Of a DNA stretch of 64,000 nt, positions 8,379-18,395 are shown piece by piece (positions within the stretch are counted from its first letter, which is position 1; the number at the start of each line of letters is the position of its first letter). Under the pieces are notes generated by a model. The model was not told where the DNA came from. It was given only the letters and a program-made list of their open reading frames with translations, and did not search any database. Position numbers and translations under genes: made by a program. This DNA comes from an uncultured Gammaproteobacteria bacterium (GTDB lineage: Bacteria > Patescibacteriota > Patescibacteriia > UBA9934): positions 38,865 to 102,864 of the forward strand of contig CAZORP010000002.1 of the NCBI GenBank assembly GCA_964582615.1, read 5' to 3'.

Positions 8379-8978
8379 ATGTTGCAATTTTCTTACGAAC
8401 ACCGTCGCGTTGGCGTTTTTATCGACGTGCAAAACATGTATTACAGCGCAAGAAATTTATTTACTCAAAAAGTGCATTTTGGAAATATCGTTCGTGAGGG
8501 CGTTGGAAAGCAAAAACTCGTTCGCGCCATCGCATACACTATCGCTACAAAACAAGGCGAGGAAGCGCCTTTCTTCGAAGCACTCAGCGGCATGGGGATC
8601 GAGCTCATGACAAAAGATCTTCTTGAGTACGAAGGAGGTCACAAGAAGGGGGATTGGGATGTCGGCATGACTATTGATATCGTTCGCATGCTTGATATGC
8701 TTGACGTCGTCATCCTTGTTTCAGGTGACGGCGACTACGTACCTCTTGGAGAATACGTTAAACAACGGGGAAGAATTTTTCACGTCATGTCGTTTCGCGA
8801 GTCAACATCGGGAAAACTTGTTTCTTGCGCAGATATTTATACCAATCTCTCGGAACGCCCAGACCTTTTTCTTCTTCGCGATCACCGTCGAGGATCTTCA
8901 CGAACATCTCAAAAAAAATCTTCACCTCCTAAATCACCTTCACAATCACCTTATGACTCAGAAATCTTATTCACGTAA
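8379..8978 (+). CDS. NYN-domain (LabA/PIN-like) putative RNase; probable start at the M of MLQFSYEHRR
   Basis: Motifs VGVFIDVQNMYY and DVVILVSGDGDY, with a low-complexity S/P-rich tail. Its 3' end overlaps the pnp start by 26 nt. Confidence 0.65.
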   Translation: MLQFSYEHRRVGVFIDVQNMYYSARNLFTQKVHFGNIVREGVGKQKLVRAIAYTIATKQGEEAPFFEALSGMGIELMTKDLLEYEGGHKKGDWDVGMTIDIVRMLDMLDVVILVSGDGDYVPLGEYVKQRGRIFHVMSFRESTSGKLVSCADIYTNLSERPDLFLLRDHRRGSSRTSQKKSSPPKSPSQSPYDSEILFT

Positions 8979-11163
8979 CTGGGGAGGGAAGACGCTCACT
9001 ATTGAAATTGGCCGCCTTGCAAAAGCCGCAAATGGAAGCTGTGTTGTTCGATACGGAGACACCGTACTTCTTGCAACCGCCGTCATGGCAAAAGAAGCAA
9101 AGCCAAATGCGGGTTTTTTTCCTCTCATGGTTGAATTCGAGGAACGTCTTTATGCGGCGGGACGCATCAAAGGATCTCGATTCATCAAGCGCGAAGGCAA
9201 GCCAACCGACGAGGCTGTTCTTACTTCACGCTTTATCGATCGCGCAATTCGCCCTCTTTTTGATAAGCGCATGGAAAACGACGTACAAGTCATCGTGACC
9301 GCGCTCGCTTTTGATGGAAAAAATGACGCCGACATTCCTGCACTTATTGCGGCATCATGCGCACTCCACATTTCTGACATTCCTTGGAATGGACCTCTTG
9401 CAGGGGCTCGCATTGCTCTTGGTGATGGTGAGAAAATTCTCAACCCCACCTATGAAGAGCGCGCTCGTTATCGCTGTGATATTGACGTTGCAGGAACAAA
9501 AGAAAAAACCATCATGCTCGAAGCATCTTGCGATGAAGCTCGCGAGGAAGATGTTTTTTCCGCTATTGTTTTTGGGCAACAATCACTGCAACCCGTCATT
9601 GAACTCATTGAAGAAGTCCGTCGCGACGTAGGAAAAGAAAAAGCTGATATCTTCCGCCTAAAAACCGATGCGCAACGCAGTGCCTTTGAGAAAAAGACCG
9701 CGGTCGCCACAGCGCTTCGACCATTTCTTGTTGAGCGCATTCATGAAACATTTTTCAACGTTCCTCATGCAACAAAAGCTGAGCGATCAGCAGCAAAAGA
9801 TGCGCTTAAAAAAGCCTCAGCAAGTCATCTCACCGAGCTTGGCTATGATGATGAGGCGATAAAAATGGGGCTCAGCACGGTAACCGAAGTTCTTGAAGCC
9901 GAAATCACTCGACGAATTCTTGATGAAGGACGCCGTGTTGACGGAAGAGGCCTCTACGACATTCGACCGCTTTTTGCAGAAGCGGCAGTTCTTCCCTGCG
10001 TTCACGGATCTGCACTTTTTGAGCGAGGAGAAACGCAAGTGCTTTCTGTGTGTACGCTTGGTGCTCCGGGAGACAAACAGACTCTCGATGGCATGGAACT
10101 TGTTGGAGAAAAGCGCTTCATGCATCACTATAACTTTCCACCCTATGCCGTTGGCGAAGCAAAGCCTGTACGCGGAACGGGACGTCGAGAAATTGGCCAC
10201 GGAGCACTAGCAGAAAAGGCCCTTGCCTTTATGATTCCCGAAAAGGAATCTTTCCCTTACGCAATTCGCGTCGTTTCTGAAACGCTTGGATCAAACGGTT
10301 CAAGCTCCATGGCTTCAACCTGCGGTGCAACGCTTGCACTCATGGATGCTGGAGTTCCCATAAAAGCTCCTGTTGGCGGCATTGCCATGGGACTTGCAAG
10401 CGATGGATCTCGCTATCAGGTCATTACCGATCTTCAAGACCTTGAAGACGGTGAAGGTGGTATGGATTTCAAAATCACCGGAACAAGAAAGGGTATTACT
10501 GCAATTCAACTCGATACTAAAACTGACGGACTTCCCGAAGAAATTATTCGAGAAACCCTCACCCGTGCACACACCGCGCGCATGCAGGTTCTTGATGTCA
10601 TGCAACAAGCCCTCACAGCTCCCCGTGCAGAGCTTTCGCCGAATGCCCCTCGCATTCTTCAACTCACCATTCATCCAGACAAAATTCGTGAAGTTATTGG
10701 ATCTGGAGGAAAAACTATCAACGAAATTATTGCAAAGACAGGTGTTATCACCATCGACATTGAGCAAACTGGCTTGGTGATGATTACTGCCGCAACCAAA
10801 GCATCTGCTGACGCGGCATATACTTGGATATATAATCTTACACGAGAGGTGACCGCCGGCGAGCTTTTTCAGGGTAAGGTTACAAGAATTATGGATTTCG
10901 GAGCCTTCGTTGAAGTTCTCCCCGGAAAAGAAGGGCTCGTTCACATTTCAGAACTTGCACCTTGGCGCGTTGAAAAGCCTCAGGATATCGTCACCGAGGG
11001 CGCTCTTGTTCACGTAAAAGTCCTCGAGATCGACGAGAAGGGGCGTATTAATCTCTCAATGAAAAAAGCTGAAGGAAATACCTACACCGACGAAATGCGT
11101 GCTAAGGCTCAAAAATCTCCAGCGCCACAAGCACCAAAGCCTGCACCACGGCAAACGCCATAA
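8953..11163 (+). CDS. pnp: Polynucleotide phosphorylase
   Basis: Two RNase PH domains, a KH domain and a C-terminal S1 domain (GKVTRIMDFGAFVEVLPGKEGLVHISEL). Start chosen at MTQKSYSRNWGGKTL; the longer ORF extension upstream is not supported. Confidence 0.95.
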   Translation: MTQKSYSRNWGGKTLTIEIGRLAKAANGSCVVRYGDTVLLATAVMAKEAKPNAGFFPLMVEFEERLYAAGRIKGSRFIKREGKPTDEAVLTSRFIDRAIRPLFDKRMENDVQVIVTALAFDGKNDADIPALIAASCALHISDIPWNGPLAGARIALGDGEKILNPTYEERARYRCDIDVAGTKEKTIMLEASCDEAREEDVFSAIVFGQQSLQPVIELIEEVRRDVGKEKADIFRLKTDAQRSAFEKKTAVATALRPFLVERIHETFFNVPHATKAERSAAKDALKKASASHLTELGYDDEAIKMGLSTVTEVLEAEITRRILDEGRRVDGRGLYDIRPLFAEAAVLPCVHGSALFERGETQVLSVCTLGAPGDKQTLDGMELVGEKRFMHHYNFPPYAVGEAKPVRGTGRREIGHGALAEKALAFMIPEKESFPYAIRVVSETLGSNGSSSMASTCGATLALMDAGVPIKAPVGGIAMGLASDGSRYQVITDLQDLEDGEGGMDFKITGTRKGITAIQLDTKTDGLPEEIIRETLTRAHTARMQVLDVMQQALTAPRAELSPNAPRILQLTIHPDKIREVIGSGGKTINEIIAKTGVITIDIEQTGLVMITAATKASADAAYTWIYNLTREVTAGELFQGKVTRIMDFGAFVEVLPGKEGLVHISELAPWRVEKPQDIVTEGALVHVKVLEIDEKGRINLSMKKAEGNTYTDEMRAKAQKSPAPQAPKPAPRQTP

Positions 11164-11172
11164 CTATAACCT

Positions 11173-12252
11173 GTGATTTCTCACGCGAACATTCCCCTTG
11201 CAACACCTTCAAAAACCCGCCAGTTACCCTGGCGGGTTCTTTGGACGTTTGCACTCTTTTTCGTGAGCATGTACTCCGGCTTTACCTTTGCAACATGGGT
11301 TCACGAAGGATTTTATCTTGCAAGAGCCGAGGGATCATCTGGCGTGAGCGCGCGTCTAACGCCAACAACAAAGCTCTGGATCGCTGAACATCTTGGCGGA
11401 TATATCATCGATTCATCATGTGCATTCAATCTTCCTCATCTCCTTTCAAAAAGTTCAGCGTCTCGCATTGTCGTTTCTTCCGAGAACAACAACATGAACG
11501 TATCACTCGAACACACAAAAGAAATACCGTGCACCACAACGCCACAAAATGACTCATGGTCATCGCTTGGAAATACCTCATTGGTGCATATTGAAAATTC
11601 TTTCTCTCTTCCCAAGAGAACTCCTTGGCTTTGGGATGCTCAGGGAAACACGTTACCGCTCACACTTCTGCGCGAAGGTGTAAGCTTTACGACTCCAGAA
11701 CTATCAAAACGGCACATGCTTGCCCCTGCAACGTACCTCAATGAAGCGTTGCCATTTTCTCAAAACATCTCTCTTCCTTCGCTACAATTCATGACACCAA
11801 GGCTTATGAAGGACCACGAAGGCATGATGTTTTCTTGGCGAACATCGGAAGGTGATTTAGCCTACGGTTACACATTCTCTCCACCACTTGAAGAGCATGA
11901 GGCTACCGGGGTTTGTTACGAACTTCTTGGAGCTCAAAAAGAAGCTTCTACATTCACAAGAACCGACGGTGGATCATTCTTCGCAACAACCTACGAGGAT
12001 CTCTCATTTTTACAACCCTTTTCAAAAGAGCAACCAACCTCGCTCTACGGCGCAGATGGAAAACCCGCGTGCTTTCTTTCGTATCAAGAAGGGATGACAA
12101 CAATTTCATCTTCTGAAATATCCTGGAGCGTGCAGAGTGCTCGGTGGCAAGGCGCACTCAAGCAGTCGAACACTCTTCTTTCACCACAAACACTCTCAAA
12201 TTACGGATCAACATTTTTGCGCACAAAAAAGAGTATAAAAATTCTGGAATAA
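11173..12252 (+). CDS. Hypothetical protein with an N-terminal transmembrane anchor
   Basis: Long ORF with no recognisable family; one hydrophobic helix near the N-terminus. Confidence 0.45.
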   Translation: MISHANIPLATPSKTRQLPWRVLWTFALFFVSMYSGFTFATWVHEGFYLARAEGSSGVSARLTPTTKLWIAEHLGGYIIDSSCAFNLPHLLSKSSASRIVVSSENNNMNVSLEHTKEIPCTTTPQNDSWSSLGNTSLVHIENSFSLPKRTPWLWDAQGNTLPLTLLREGVSFTTPELSKRHMLAPATYLNEALPFSQNISLPSLQFMTPRLMKDHEGMMFSWRTSEGDLAYGYTFSPPLEEHEATGVCYELLGAQKEASTFTRTDGGSFFATTYEDLSFLQPFSKEQPTSLYGADGKPACFLSYQEGMTTISSSEISWSVQSARWQGALKQSNTLLSPQTLSNYGSTFLRTKKSIKILE

Positions 12253-12621
12253 TGTTGTGCTATACTTTTCTTATCGTTCTTTTTCAATATCGTTTGGTGT
12301 GGCGATGATTATTCACTCCTCCTTTCGTGAAACTCATTCGCACGCAAAGCTCCTTTGAAGGATACGACATATGAATTCTGTGGCACTCTAGGAATATCTC
12401 ACCCTTCTCACATCGCTTTGCGATACCATCCATGATCTCCAAAGAATATTTAGATGTTGTGTAGGGCGCAGAACAGCGTTGTGCACCATACCCAACATCC
12501 ACTATTCCTTGGCGCACATGAAAAAAGAAGAAAAGGCTCTTAAGAGATTCGCGCCGCAAAGGCCATCTTACTCAGAGTGTCCCTTTTCTTTTTTTTATTA
12601 TTGCGTATTATATAAAAAACT

Positions 12622-12993
12622 ATGGCATCTCAAGCTCTTTCTGCAAAATTTCTTGAAGAAATTCGCACACTTCTCACCGAAGAACAACGCCGACTCGAAA
12701 AAGAGTTAGCAAATTTCACGCACCGTGACCCCGAAAAAGCAGGAGACAATGACTTTGGCGTCGACGAGGGGGAGAATGCCGCACGTATTGCTCAACTCGG
12801 AGACGATATCTCTCTCGAGGAAGAGCTCAATAAGGCAGTGAAGGATGTTGAGAGCGCTCTTAAAGCACTTGACTCTGGAGAATACGGTCGATGCAAATAC
12901 TGCAAACAGATCATCGACGAAACTCGACTTCGCATCCGCCCAACATCAACATCCTGTGTTGCCTGCAAGCGAACCCTCACGCAAGAGTTATAA
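12622..12993 (+). CDS. DksA/TraR-family C4 zinc-finger protein
   Basis: Coiled-coil N-terminus plus CKYCKQ...CVACKR Cys4 motif. Confidence 0.8.
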   Translation: MASQALSAKFLEEIRTLLTEEQRRLEKELANFTHRDPEKAGDNDFGVDEGENAARIAQLGDDISLEEELNKAVKDVESALKALDSGEYGRCKYCKQIIDETRLRIRPTSTSCVACKRTLTQEL

Positions 12994-13039
12994 GCTCTTT
13001 GAAAAAGACTCTCTCCAACACGGCGCATATCTTTGCGCC

Positions 13040-13444
13040 GTGCTTTTCTTTTGCATCGACATCGTTGCAAAATACTTCTTCTTCACTCATCAAACCTTTA
13101 TCGTAGGTGGAGACATTGTAAATCTTTCTTATTTTGCAAATACAGGAATCGCCTTCAGCCTTCCTCTCCCCAGAGAAATAACCCTCGTACTCACAGGAGG
13201 CATCCTTCTTCTTGCGCTACGCTATATCGTGCACCACCAACCATCACGAGAACATCTTGGCATCACCGCGCTTTTTTTAGGATCTCTGAGTAATTTTGGA
13301 GATAGAATACTGACCGCATCAACAACAGACTATCTCATTTTTTTTCAAACATCAGCAATAAATATCGCGGACATTCTCATTCTTTTTGGAATTGCAATTT
13401 TTGCGTGGTACCATCGATCTACAGACATTCCCAACGCCCAATAA
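13040..13444 (+). CDS. lspA: Lipoprotein signal peptidase II (probable GTG start; the 5' end of the frame overlaps the dksA-like gene)
   Basis: ANTGIAFSLP, GSLSNFGDRIL and DYLIFF motifs with four transmembrane segments. Confidence 0.7.
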   Translation: MLFFCIDIVAKYFFFTHQTFIVGGDIVNLSYFANTGIAFSLPLPREITLVLTGGILLLALRYIVHHQPSREHLGITALFLGSLSNFGDRILTASTTDYLIFFQTSAINIADILILFGIAIFAWYHRSTDIPNAQ

Positions 13445-13459
13445 ACTCCCCAAACGTTT

Positions 13460-14968
13460 ATGGGTTTCTCTTCACTCTCAAGCATTGCGCTCTTTGGCAT
13501 GCGTGGTGAGCTTGTGACTATCGAGTGTGACATTGCATTTGGACTTCCAAAATTTTCCATCGTGGGACTTCCCGATGCAGCCGTACAAGAAGCAAAAGAG
13601 CGTGTGCGAAGCGCTCTGACAAACAGCGATCTTCCATTTCCAAAAACAGCAATCACCGTCAATCTCGCACCTGCACACGAACGAAAGCAAGGATCTCATT
13701 ATGACCTTGCTATTGCACTGGCAATTCTCCAAGCGCAAGGCACAAAATTTTCCCAAGATTGGAAAACCTTTTTTCTTGCAGGGGAATTGAGTCTTTCAGG
13801 AAGAATTTGCCCGGTACGGGGAATTCTCCCTCTTGTTCTTGCGGCAAAAGAGCGGGGAATGACATGCATTGTTCTTGCAAAAGAAGATGCAGAACTTATC
13901 TCTTACGTTCCCGGAATATCCACCTATCCCTGCGAAACTCTTCGTGATGTAGTTAATCTCCTCACAGAAGAACATCTCCCACCACCTTCTCTTGCAACAA
14001 AAACTCCCAGCAACATTATCGCACTACAACATCCATTCTCACATATTCGAGGACATCGTCTTCCAAAGCGAGCATTAACCCTGTCACTTGCAGGAAAACA
14101 TCCCATACTTTTTATAGGACCTCCCGGAAGCGGAAAGACTCTTCTTGCAAAAACCGCCCAAGAACTCCTTCCGCTTCTTTCGCTAGAAGAAGCTCTCACC
14201 GTTGCATCGCTACACTCTCTTCAAGAGCGAGGCGGCATCTCAGAGCTTCACCTCAATCGTCCATTTCGCTCGCCACATCATCACACCAGCATCGCCGCAC
14301 TCATAGGGGGTGGGTCCCATCTTGTTCCAGGAGAAATCAGCCTTGCGCATCATGGAATTCTTTTTCTTGACGAGCTTCCAGAATTTCCACAAAAGACGCT
14401 TGAAGCACTTCGACAACCGCTAGAGGCTAAGGAGGTGCACATTGCTCGCGTTCGAGGACGCGCATCATTTCCCGCAGATCATCATCTTATTTGCGCAATG
14501 AATCCCTGTCCTTGTGGGTATTTTGGCGATCAGGAACGAGCGTGTTCTTGTGATAAGAAGATGGTTTCTCGTTATCAAGAAAGAATATCAGGGCCACTCC
14601 TTGATCGCATCGACATCTTCGTTGACGTTCCACGTATATCGTCACAGGAGCTTCTTTCACTTCATAATGAAGACGAGGGCGCTTATCCTTCAAAAGAAGA
14701 TTTGGAGCGCGTATATCGCCAACAAGAGCATCGCCTTCGTGAGTCCGAGGGGAAACTTTCAACGTATGAAGCACTGTGTCAAAAAACACCTCAAGCAACC
14801 TCGCTCTTTGAACGCGCCATCGAGCGCTTTCAACTCTCAGGAAGAGGCTATCGACGTCTTTTGCGAGTCAGTCGAACTATCGCCGATCTCGAAGCGTCAG
14901 AGCAACTCCTCCCCGATCACGTCAGTGAAGCATTAAGCTATCGATCACGACTTCTCCAGCGAGGATAG
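13460..14968 (+). CDS. yifB: YifB/ComM family Mg-chelatase-like AAA+ ATPase
   Basis: 502 aa with an N-terminal Lon-protease-like domain and Walker A GPPGSGKT; ILFLDELPEF. Confidence 0.85.
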   Translation: MGFSSLSSIALFGMRGELVTIECDIAFGLPKFSIVGLPDAAVQEAKERVRSALTNSDLPFPKTAITVNLAPAHERKQGSHYDLAIALAILQAQGTKFSQDWKTFFLAGELSLSGRICPVRGILPLVLAAKERGMTCIVLAKEDAELISYVPGISTYPCETLRDVVNLLTEEHLPPPSLATKTPSNIIALQHPFSHIRGHRLPKRALTLSLAGKHPILFIGPPGSGKTLLAKTAQELLPLLSLEEALTVASLHSLQERGGISELHLNRPFRSPHHHTSIAALIGGGSHLVPGEISLAHHGILFLDELPEFPQKTLEALRQPLEAKEVHIARVRGRASFPADHHLICAMNPCPCGYFGDQERACSCDKKMVSRYQERISGPLLDRIDIFVDVPRISSQELLSLHNEDEGAYPSKEDLERVYRQQEHRLRESEGKLSTYEALCQKTPQATSLFERAIERFQLSGRGYRRLLRVSRTIADLEASEQLLPDHVSEALSYRSRLLQRG

Positions 14969-16390
14969 TTAGCGTCGAATGTAATCCGCCGGGTTAAGGA
15001 ACTTCTTCGTAGCAATATCGATAACCTCAAAGTGCAAGTGAGTTCCCGAAGAATTTCCCGTCGATCCACAGCGACCAAGTGCGTCACCTGCGCTCACTTC
15101 ATCTCCCGTATGCACATAAAGCGAGTAGAAGTGTCCGTAGCGAGTTTTAAGACCATTTCCGTGGTCAATCTCAACCGTATTACCGTAACCATTTCTCACG
15201 CCCGCATACGTTACCGTTCCATCAGCCGCGGCGTAATTATCATTTGTTGATGTTCCGTTTGCATGACCATCGCAGTCAATGTCGTAGCCCGTATGCTTCC
15301 ATCCCAAACCACGCACAATGTAGGACAAATCCGTTGGCCAAACCATGGACATTCCCGATCCCGGCGTACGAGTTCCGCCACTTCCCGAAGGTGCAGAAGT
15401 AAAAATATCTTTAATTGTTGTCGTTGCAACCGCCGTAGAAGATCTTGGTGGAACACTTGTTGCAATAGGTGATCCTCCAGGAATGATAAATTCTTGACCA
15501 ATCTTCAAGGCATCCGAGGATGAAATGTTGTTGTACGCAAGAATTGTCGACGTATCAACGCCGTATTTTTTGGCTATTCCCAAAATCGTATCACCACTTT
15601 TTACCGTATGTGTAACGCCGGAAACCGGAAGAATAGTGAGTTGTTGACCAAGTTTTAGTACTGACTTTTGCGTTAAATTATTTGCCCAAAGTAGAGTATT
15701 AAGTGAAAGTGAGAATTTTTTTGCAATACCCGAAAGCGTGTCTCCACTTTCCACGGTGTACGCGATAATTCCCGTTCTTGGTGCGGCTACCTGAGTAGCC
15801 TGTGAAGAAGATGCGCTCGTCTCACGTATACGCATTTTTTCTTGCTGTTCAGGTGAGAGTATCGCAAAGTCGGTAACTACGCCTTCATCTTGAAGATCTG
15901 TGAGTGTCACCACCTCAAGGGGCGCCTCAGCACGAAGAACAACATCATCCTGCATGGTCATATCGTGGTACTCACCAAGAGCCGTAACATCAACAACTTC
16001 ATCAATAATCTCCGCGGGACGATCAACGATGAGTGCATAAAGAATACTCTGCTGACCAGGAACATCCGATTCAGCTCGAGCTGTGTAGCGACCAGAATTC
16101 ATCGTTGCGGTAAACACCACAATAAGCACCATCATCACCCACAAAGAAAATCGATTACTTACCAAAAACATCAAACGGTGCTTTACGGGGCGGTACATGT
16201 GCATCATTTTCCGCTGTATAAGAAATACTCCTCGATATCCCGGGACAAGAGCACGAAGAATTACCCTACCAACCCAGGTGATACCAGGGCGAACTCTTCT
16301 TGCACCTCGAAGTGCCAAAGACTTTGCCTTCAAAATACCCCCAACAACGAAACGACCCAAACGAACCGTAAGCGACGTAGGCTGTTGCAT
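14969..16390 (-). CDS. LysM-repeat M23 family metallopeptidase (start may be internal)
   Basis: Three LysM modules (DTLSGIAKKF..., DTILGIAKKY...) and a C-terminal M23 domain (GHANGTSTND...GSTGNSSGTHLHFEV). Confidence 0.85.
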   Translation of the reverse strand: MQQPTSLTVRLGRFVVGGILKAKSLALRGARRVRPGITWVGRVILRALVPGYRGVFLIQRKMMHMYRPVKHRLMFLVSNRFSLWVMMVLIVVFTATMNSGRYTARAESDVPGQQSILYALIVDRPAEIIDEVVDVTALGEYHDMTMQDDVVLRAEAPLEVVTLTDLQDEGVVTDFAILSPEQQEKMRIRETSASSSQATQVAAPRTGIIAYTVESGDTLSGIAKKFSLSLNTLLWANNLTQKSVLKLGQQLTILPVSGVTHTVKSGDTILGIAKKYGVDTSTILAYNNISSSDALKIGQEFIIPGGSPIATSVPPRSSTAVATTTIKDIFTSAPSGSGGTRTPGSGMSMVWPTDLSYIVRGLGWKHTGYDIDCDGHANGTSTNDNYAAADGTVTYAGVRNGYGNTVEIDHGNGLKTRYGHFYSLYVHTGDEVSAGDALGRCGSTGNSSGTHLHFEVIDIATKKFLNPADYIRR

Positions 16391-16467
16391 ACAACAATCA
16401 TCATACCGTTTTTTTAAAAACCAAGCAAGAAAAAATGCCTAAAATTCGCCAATATTAGCCAAAGAAT

Positions 16468-16496
16468 TTGACGGTTTTTTAGCCCCACCGTATACT
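16468..16496 (+). promoter_or_regulatory. Candidate sigma70-type promoter upstream of tig (TTGACG-17-TATACT)
   Basis: Hexamers read directly. Confidence 0.35.
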
Positions 16497-16514
16497 TCGC
16501 GAATATTTATCTCT

Positions 16515-17804
16515 ATGTCCTACACCATTGAAAAAACCGATAAGCAGTCTGTAAAAATTCACGTTACAATTCCCAAGGAACACGTCGTTGCAGGCATGGA
16601 ACACGCCGTTGAGCATCTTGGAGAATCAATGACCTTTCCTGGATTTAGAAAAGGACACGCTCCCGCGCATCTTGTTCGCGCAAAAGTAGGAGATCAGGCA
16701 CTTTTTGACCACGCGGCAGAGGAACTTATCAATGCGGCACTTTCTGAAGCGCTCATCGCAGAAGATCTTGAAATCGTTGGATCTCCATTTTTCTCCGCAG
16801 AGAAGATGGAGCCCGGACAAGAAATGATCTTCACGGCAGAAATTGCACTCATGCCAAGCGTTACCAAGCTTGCTGACTATAAAAAGCTCACAGTAAGCGC
16901 AGAGTCGGTAGAGCCCTCCGAAGAGCTTATTGAACAAGCACGCCGCGATCTTCGCACTCATCGTCAACAAGAAGTTCCAGCCCAAGAAGGGGAGGTTGTT
17001 GGAATGTCTCACAAGGCTGTTGTTGATCTTTCCATGAAGAAAGATGGTGTTGCTGTTGAGGGTGGTGATGCAAAAAATCACCATATCTACACACCAGAAA
17101 AACACTATATCCCGGGTTTTGTAGAAGCGCTTCTTGGTGCAAAAGTTGGCGAAGAGCGCACCTTTAACCTTCCTTTTCCCGAAGATCACTATCAAAAGCA
17201 CCTTGCAGGAAGCACGGTTGAATTCACGGTAAAGGTCAATAACCTCTTTACGCTCACGACTCCAGAAATCGATGACGCATTTGCGCAAAGCCTTGGACTC
17301 GCAAATGCTGCAGATCTCGAAGAAAAACTTAAAGAAAACCTTCGCCAAGAACGTCAAAACGAAGAAGATCGTCGTCAAGAAAAAGCTGTGCTTGAGCTCC
17401 TTGCAGAAAAATCAACATTTGAAGAAATTAACGAGCTTCTCGTCAATCAAGAAATCGACAAGATGGTTCATGAGCTTCGCGAATGGGTAACGCAAAATGG
17501 CATGGAATTTGATGAATACCTAAAATCCATCAACAAGAGCGTTGCTGATATGAAGCTTGATTTCACCCCACAGGCCATCACACGCATTAAGGTTGCGCTT
17601 GTTCTTAAGGAGGTTGCAAAGAAAGAAAAAATCTCCGTTGAAGAGTCGGCAATCGATGCAGAGCTCGACCGCATTGCGGCGCTTGTAAGCAAGGACCCAG
17701 AAGCGAAAGAACGCATCTATGCTCCTGCGTATCGCGCACGCGTCGAGCATCAACTTCTCAATCGTTTGGTTATTGATTTCCTTAAAAAAATCATGATCGC
17801 TTAA
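16515..17804 (+). CDS. tig: Trigger factor
   Basis: 429 aa with ribosome-binding N-domain, PPIase domain and C-terminal domain in the usual order. Confidence 0.9.
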   Translation: MSYTIEKTDKQSVKIHVTIPKEHVVAGMEHAVEHLGESMTFPGFRKGHAPAHLVRAKVGDQALFDHAAEELINAALSEALIAEDLEIVGSPFFSAEKMEPGQEMIFTAEIALMPSVTKLADYKKLTVSAESVEPSEELIEQARRDLRTHRQQEVPAQEGEVVGMSHKAVVDLSMKKDGVAVEGGDAKNHHIYTPEKHYIPGFVEALLGAKVGEERTFNLPFPEDHYQKHLAGSTVEFTVKVNNLFTLTTPEIDDAFAQSLGLANAADLEEKLKENLRQERQNEEDRRQEKAVLELLAEKSTFEEINELLVNQEIDKMVHELREWVTQNGMEFDEYLKSINKSVADMKLDFTPQAITRIKVALVLKEVAKKEKISVEESAIDAELDRIAALVSKDPEAKERIYAPAYRARVEHQLLNRLVIDFLKKIMIA

Positions 17805-17840
17805 GAAAAAACACCCTCGTCTTTCGGGGGTGTTTTTGTT
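17805..17840 (+). terminator. Rho-independent terminator after tig
   Basis: ACACCCTCG-tctttc-GGGGGTGT plus TTTTGTT. Confidence 0.55.
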
Positions 17841-17853
17841 ATGCTAAACATAT

Positions 17854-18393
17854 ATGCTTCCAAATATTTCCTCCATGGAGCGACTGCATACATCAGTACT
17901 GTTTACTCATGAAAAAATCTTTCTCATTGAATACGCTTTTCTCTACAGCAGTCCAGCGCTTATAGTCGCAAAAATTGTAGCCTTTTTTCTTGGAAGCTTT
18001 CTCATTATCGCGGCACTCAATCAAGCTCCAGAACTTTTTCATCCCGCTTTTATCATACAGTTTCTACTCTTTGTATCGAGTATTTTTTTTATAAGATACC
18101 TTCAGGAACAAGTTCATCTTCGTGACAGCTATGGAGGACTTCACCCAAAAGACACCGTTGCCTCCATCGATCGAAAGACCCGTGTAATGACTCTAGAGTG
18201 CGGTGGAAGAATTACCCAGGAACCGCTACCATTCACCGAAGATATGCTCAAATGCATTCATCGCGTAAAAAACGGAAAAAGTTGGCAACAACTCATGCTT
18301 GAGTTTGGCTGGCAAAGGCTTTATCTTGGTTACTTTTCAAGTAAAAATGAGGCCGAGAACATGCGTGTAAAAATACTTAATCTTCTTGCTTAG
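17854..18393 (+). CDS. Hypothetical membrane protein
   Basis: ORF with N-terminal transmembrane helices; no recognisable family. Confidence 0.4.
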   Translation: MLPNISSMERLHTSVLFTHEKIFLIEYAFLYSSPALIVAKIVAFFLGSFLIIAALNQAPELFHPAFIIQFLLFVSSIFFIRYLQEQVHLRDSYGGLHPKDTVASIDRKTRVMTLECGGRITQEPLPFTEDMLKCIHRVKNGKSWQQLMLEFGWQRLYLGYFSSKNEAENMRVKILNLLA

Positions 18394-18395
18394 TT

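Noticed and set aside
8674-8952. N-terminal extension of the pnp ORF (start at 8674)
   Set aside because: It overlaps the NYN gene in another frame. PNPase homology begins at MTQKSYSRNWGG at 8953.
10315-10944. 209-aa antisense ORF inside pnp
   Set aside because: It lies opposite a highly conserved gene, with Cys/Asn-rich nonsense-like composition.
12284-12559. 91-aa minus-strand ORF in the long intergenic region
   Set aside because: No family resemblance, no clear ribosome-binding site, atypical composition. The region is kept as a possible ncRNA or leader instead.
16626-17378. 250-aa antisense ORF inside tig
   Set aside because: It is antisense to a clear trigger factor gene, with low-complexity Phe/Lys-rich composition.
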